The notes beneath the pieces were generated by a model. It did not search any database, had not been told where the DNA came from, and worked only from the letters and a program-made list of their open reading frames with translations. From an uncultured Thermotogaceae bacterium (GTDB lineage Bacteria > Thermotogota > Thermotogae > MWEM01): DNA of 64,000 bases. This document shows, in pieces, positions 62,419-64,000 of this stretch. The stretch's first letter is position 1; each line of letters opens with the position of its first letter. Made by a program: the position numbers and the translations under genes. The stretch is taken from contig CAZMHO010000001.1 of the NCBI GenBank assembly GCA_964566085.1, forward strand, positions 3,887 to 67,886, given 5' to 3'.

Positions 62419-64000
62419 TCACACCATCCCACTGTATCTTAATATTCGAACCTAAACTAAGAAAGTTCTTCAATTCCGGCACGCGAACGATGAGGTCGAA
62501 ATAGTCGTCGCTAAAGGCAATGACTTCGACAACTGCCTCCTCTACAAAGTCCGTATCCACCCAGGTATTCTCTTTTTCGTCCAAGAGGAACATTTTTCCG
62601 TTGAGGTTCCGGTAGCCTTTGGCGCTTTCGTCCGTGTCATAGGCCTTTTCCAATTCCTCCATCGTCATCGATTGAACCATCATATTTTGCATCTTCGAGG
62701 CCTCGAAGGCGCCTTGCCCGGTTTGGCTCAGCGACGGAGCCGGAGCGGCAGAAGTGCGTGTCTGCATATCAAGTTTTAACGTTGCGAACGTATCGACGAC
62801 GGCCCCTGGATCTTTATCTTGCCTGGCGATTCCATCCAGAATCAGATACGAGGTATAGGGTGTGGGGATTCCGTATTTTTTACTGAGCCGGATGATTTCC
62901 TCTCGGACTTCCCTCGTTTCTCCGATCAGCTTTATTTGATTCAGAAGCTCGCTGATTCGCCTGGATGCCCAAAGTTTAGAGATGTACGGGTTATCCTGTT
63001 CGCCAAGCATCACCGAATACACATGTTCGTAGAGGATCGGGCCGCTACCGTCCGGAGCGGCGATTTTTCCGCTTATTTTTATCTGCACCTCGCCGTTACC
63101 GGAGTAATGCCCGAAAAGTTTCAAAGGAAAGTCTTTGTAGATCGTCAAATTCTTCGAAGGCAGCACGTCCGAAATGTGCGCGTTTTCACCCACGATTTCC
63201 ACGCGGATGTCTGTCATCAAGGGGTTCGAGACGTTCGCGAACAGTTGGCTGACCTTTGTTTCGACGTTTTCATTTTCATCGACGTAAAAAGCCATCCCGC
63301 CCGATTCCTGAGCCAGTAAATCCAGCATGCCCGTGTTCACATCGTAACCGACCCCGAAGATAAACATTTTCGTTCCGGTGCCCCTCGCCCAGGCGATCGC
63401 ATCGGAAACGATTTTCGAGATGTTTGTGATACCGGACGTCGGCTGGCCGTCAGTTAGGAAGATGACGTAATTATTTTCGTTCTCGTGGTTCGCGAGCGCC
63501 GAAATCATCGCGCGCTGCAAGGCTCCGTAGATATTGGTTCCGCCATCGGCTGCCGAGCCATCGAGCCATCTTGACGCGCCTTCGGCTTCACTTTGATCGT
63601 ACAGTAATCTCAGAAGGTTTTTACGAAATTCCGAAACCATGTCGTTAAATAACACGAGACCAAATCGATCATCCTTGTTGAGCCTCGCCAAAACAAACTG
63701 GGCGGCAGCGACCGCTTGTCGATATTTTTGGCCGTACATGCTTCCCGATTTATCCAAGACGACGATCACGTTTTTCTGCATCGTTCCAACGTCCGGATAG
63801 TAAGGAAGGATATCCAGCATAAAGGTCCCTTTTCCCGGTTCTTCTTCGTCGTTTACGAAATAGGCTTCGTACTGCCGTTCTCCGTAACCGATAAAGAGGA
63901 CGAAATCTTGAGAGGGGAACAGATTCTCTTCCGCATAAACGAAAGAGACTGCTTCTTGAGGATGCGGAGTGAAGGCGATCGTATGCGTCGGCGAGTTGAC
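62399..64000 (-). CDS. VIT-plus-VWA-domain protein (5' partial; continues past the window end)
   Basis: The VWA MIDAS motif VVLDKSGSM…, with a frame open for 60 more codons upstream to nt 64000 (…FTPHPQEAVSFVYAEE… VIT-like). Confidence 0.65.
   Translation of the reverse strand, partial: VNSPTHTIAFTPHPQEAVSFVYAEENLFPSQDFVLFIGYGERQYEAYFVNDEEEPGKGTFMLDILPYYPDVGTMQKNVIVVLDKSGSMYGQKYRQAVAAAQFVLARLNKDDRFGLVLFNDMVSEFRKNLLRLLYDQSEAEGASRWLDGSAADGGTNIYGALQRAMISALANHENENNYVIFLTDGQPTSGITNISKIVSDAIAWARGTGTKMFIFGVGYDVNTGMLDLLAQESGGMAFYVDENENVETKVSQLFANVSNPLMTDIRVEIVGENAHISDVLPSKNLTIYKDFPLKLFGHYSGNGEVQIKISGKIAAPDGSGPILYEHVYSVMLGEQDNPYISKLWASRRISELLNQIKLIGETREVREEIIRLSKKYGIPTPYTSYLILDGIARQDKDPGAVVDTFATLKLDMQTRTSAAPAPSLSQTGQGAFEASKMQNMMVQSMTMEELEKAYDTDESAKGYRNLNGKMFLLDEKENTWVDTDFVEEAVVEVIAFSDDYFDLIVRVPELKNFLSLGSNIKIQWDGVNYRFKD

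Noticed and set aside
1-64000. CRISPR arrays, transposases, integrases, toxin–antitoxin pairs
   Set aside because: I looked for short regularly spaced direct repeats and for DDE/tyrosine-recombinase-like ORFs and found none. The only repeat family is the 21-mer reported in the findings.

Overview
This is a 64-kb slice of a bacterial chromosome, about 50% GC and densely coding on both strands. The gene content points to a strict anaerobe with Firmicutes-, Thermotogae- or Synergistetes-like synteny. Evidence includes an Rnf complex (rnfCDGEAB), rubrerythrin, 2-oxoacid:ferredoxin oxidoreductase subunits and formate-THF ligase, plus accB-side synteny (Asp23–nusB; mbl–flgF–flgG; rpsF–ssb–rpsR).

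Housekeeping and metabolic genes, in order along the window:
- FkbM methyltransferase (5' partial) and a GT2 glycosyltransferase.
- A minus-strand tmRNA (ssrA), invisible to the ORF track.
- HAD hydrolase, nusB, Asp23-family proteins, Xaa-Pro aminopeptidase, scpB, the rnf operon, a polysaccharide pyruvyl transferase, a GH3 hydrolase, rubrerythrin and MarR.
- An Mbl-like actin homologue with flagellar rod/hook genes, then tRNA-Ser(GGA).
- A decayed M32 carboxypeptidase remnant and a 5TMR-LYT–PP2C phosphatase.
- fhs, scpA, trpS, and rpsF-ssb-rpsR with a structured leader.
- A GlpA-like/NOX-like/DUF1667 three-gene putative glycerol-3-phosphate dehydrogenase, followed by a TldD/PmbA pair.
- Rhomboid protease, folK-gltX-trmB, tsaE-glpK, an AraC regulator and hpf.
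- A coaD–kamA–unknown ATP-binding protein operon.
- A large C11-like lipoprotein, a sugar nucleotidyltransferase, an orphan cheB and dgkA.
- An orphan OFOR beta/gamma pair and lpdA.

The most unusual block is 53.1–60.1 kb. It contains a small membrane protein, a 940-aa Wza-like polysaccharide export protein with about 10 tandem SLBB repeats, a Wzc-like co-polymerase with a degenerate (lysine-less) Walker A, and a radical-SAM protein with a non-canonical Cys motif. A CYTH protein, a MobA-like nucleotidyltransferase and a VIT-VWA protein (partial at the window end) follow.

Other structural oddities:
- A 21-nt hairpin-capable repeat occurs three times around folK–gltX–trmB.
- RnfB is minimal, and scpB is spliced into the rnf operon while scpA lies 17 kb away.
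- An orphan intrinsic terminator and two palindromes sit in the rubrerythrin–marR spacer.
- Five promoters share the extended -10 TGTTATAAT.

No CRISPR arrays, transposases or integrases are visible. All calls rest on sequence motifs read by eye; no database searches were possible.
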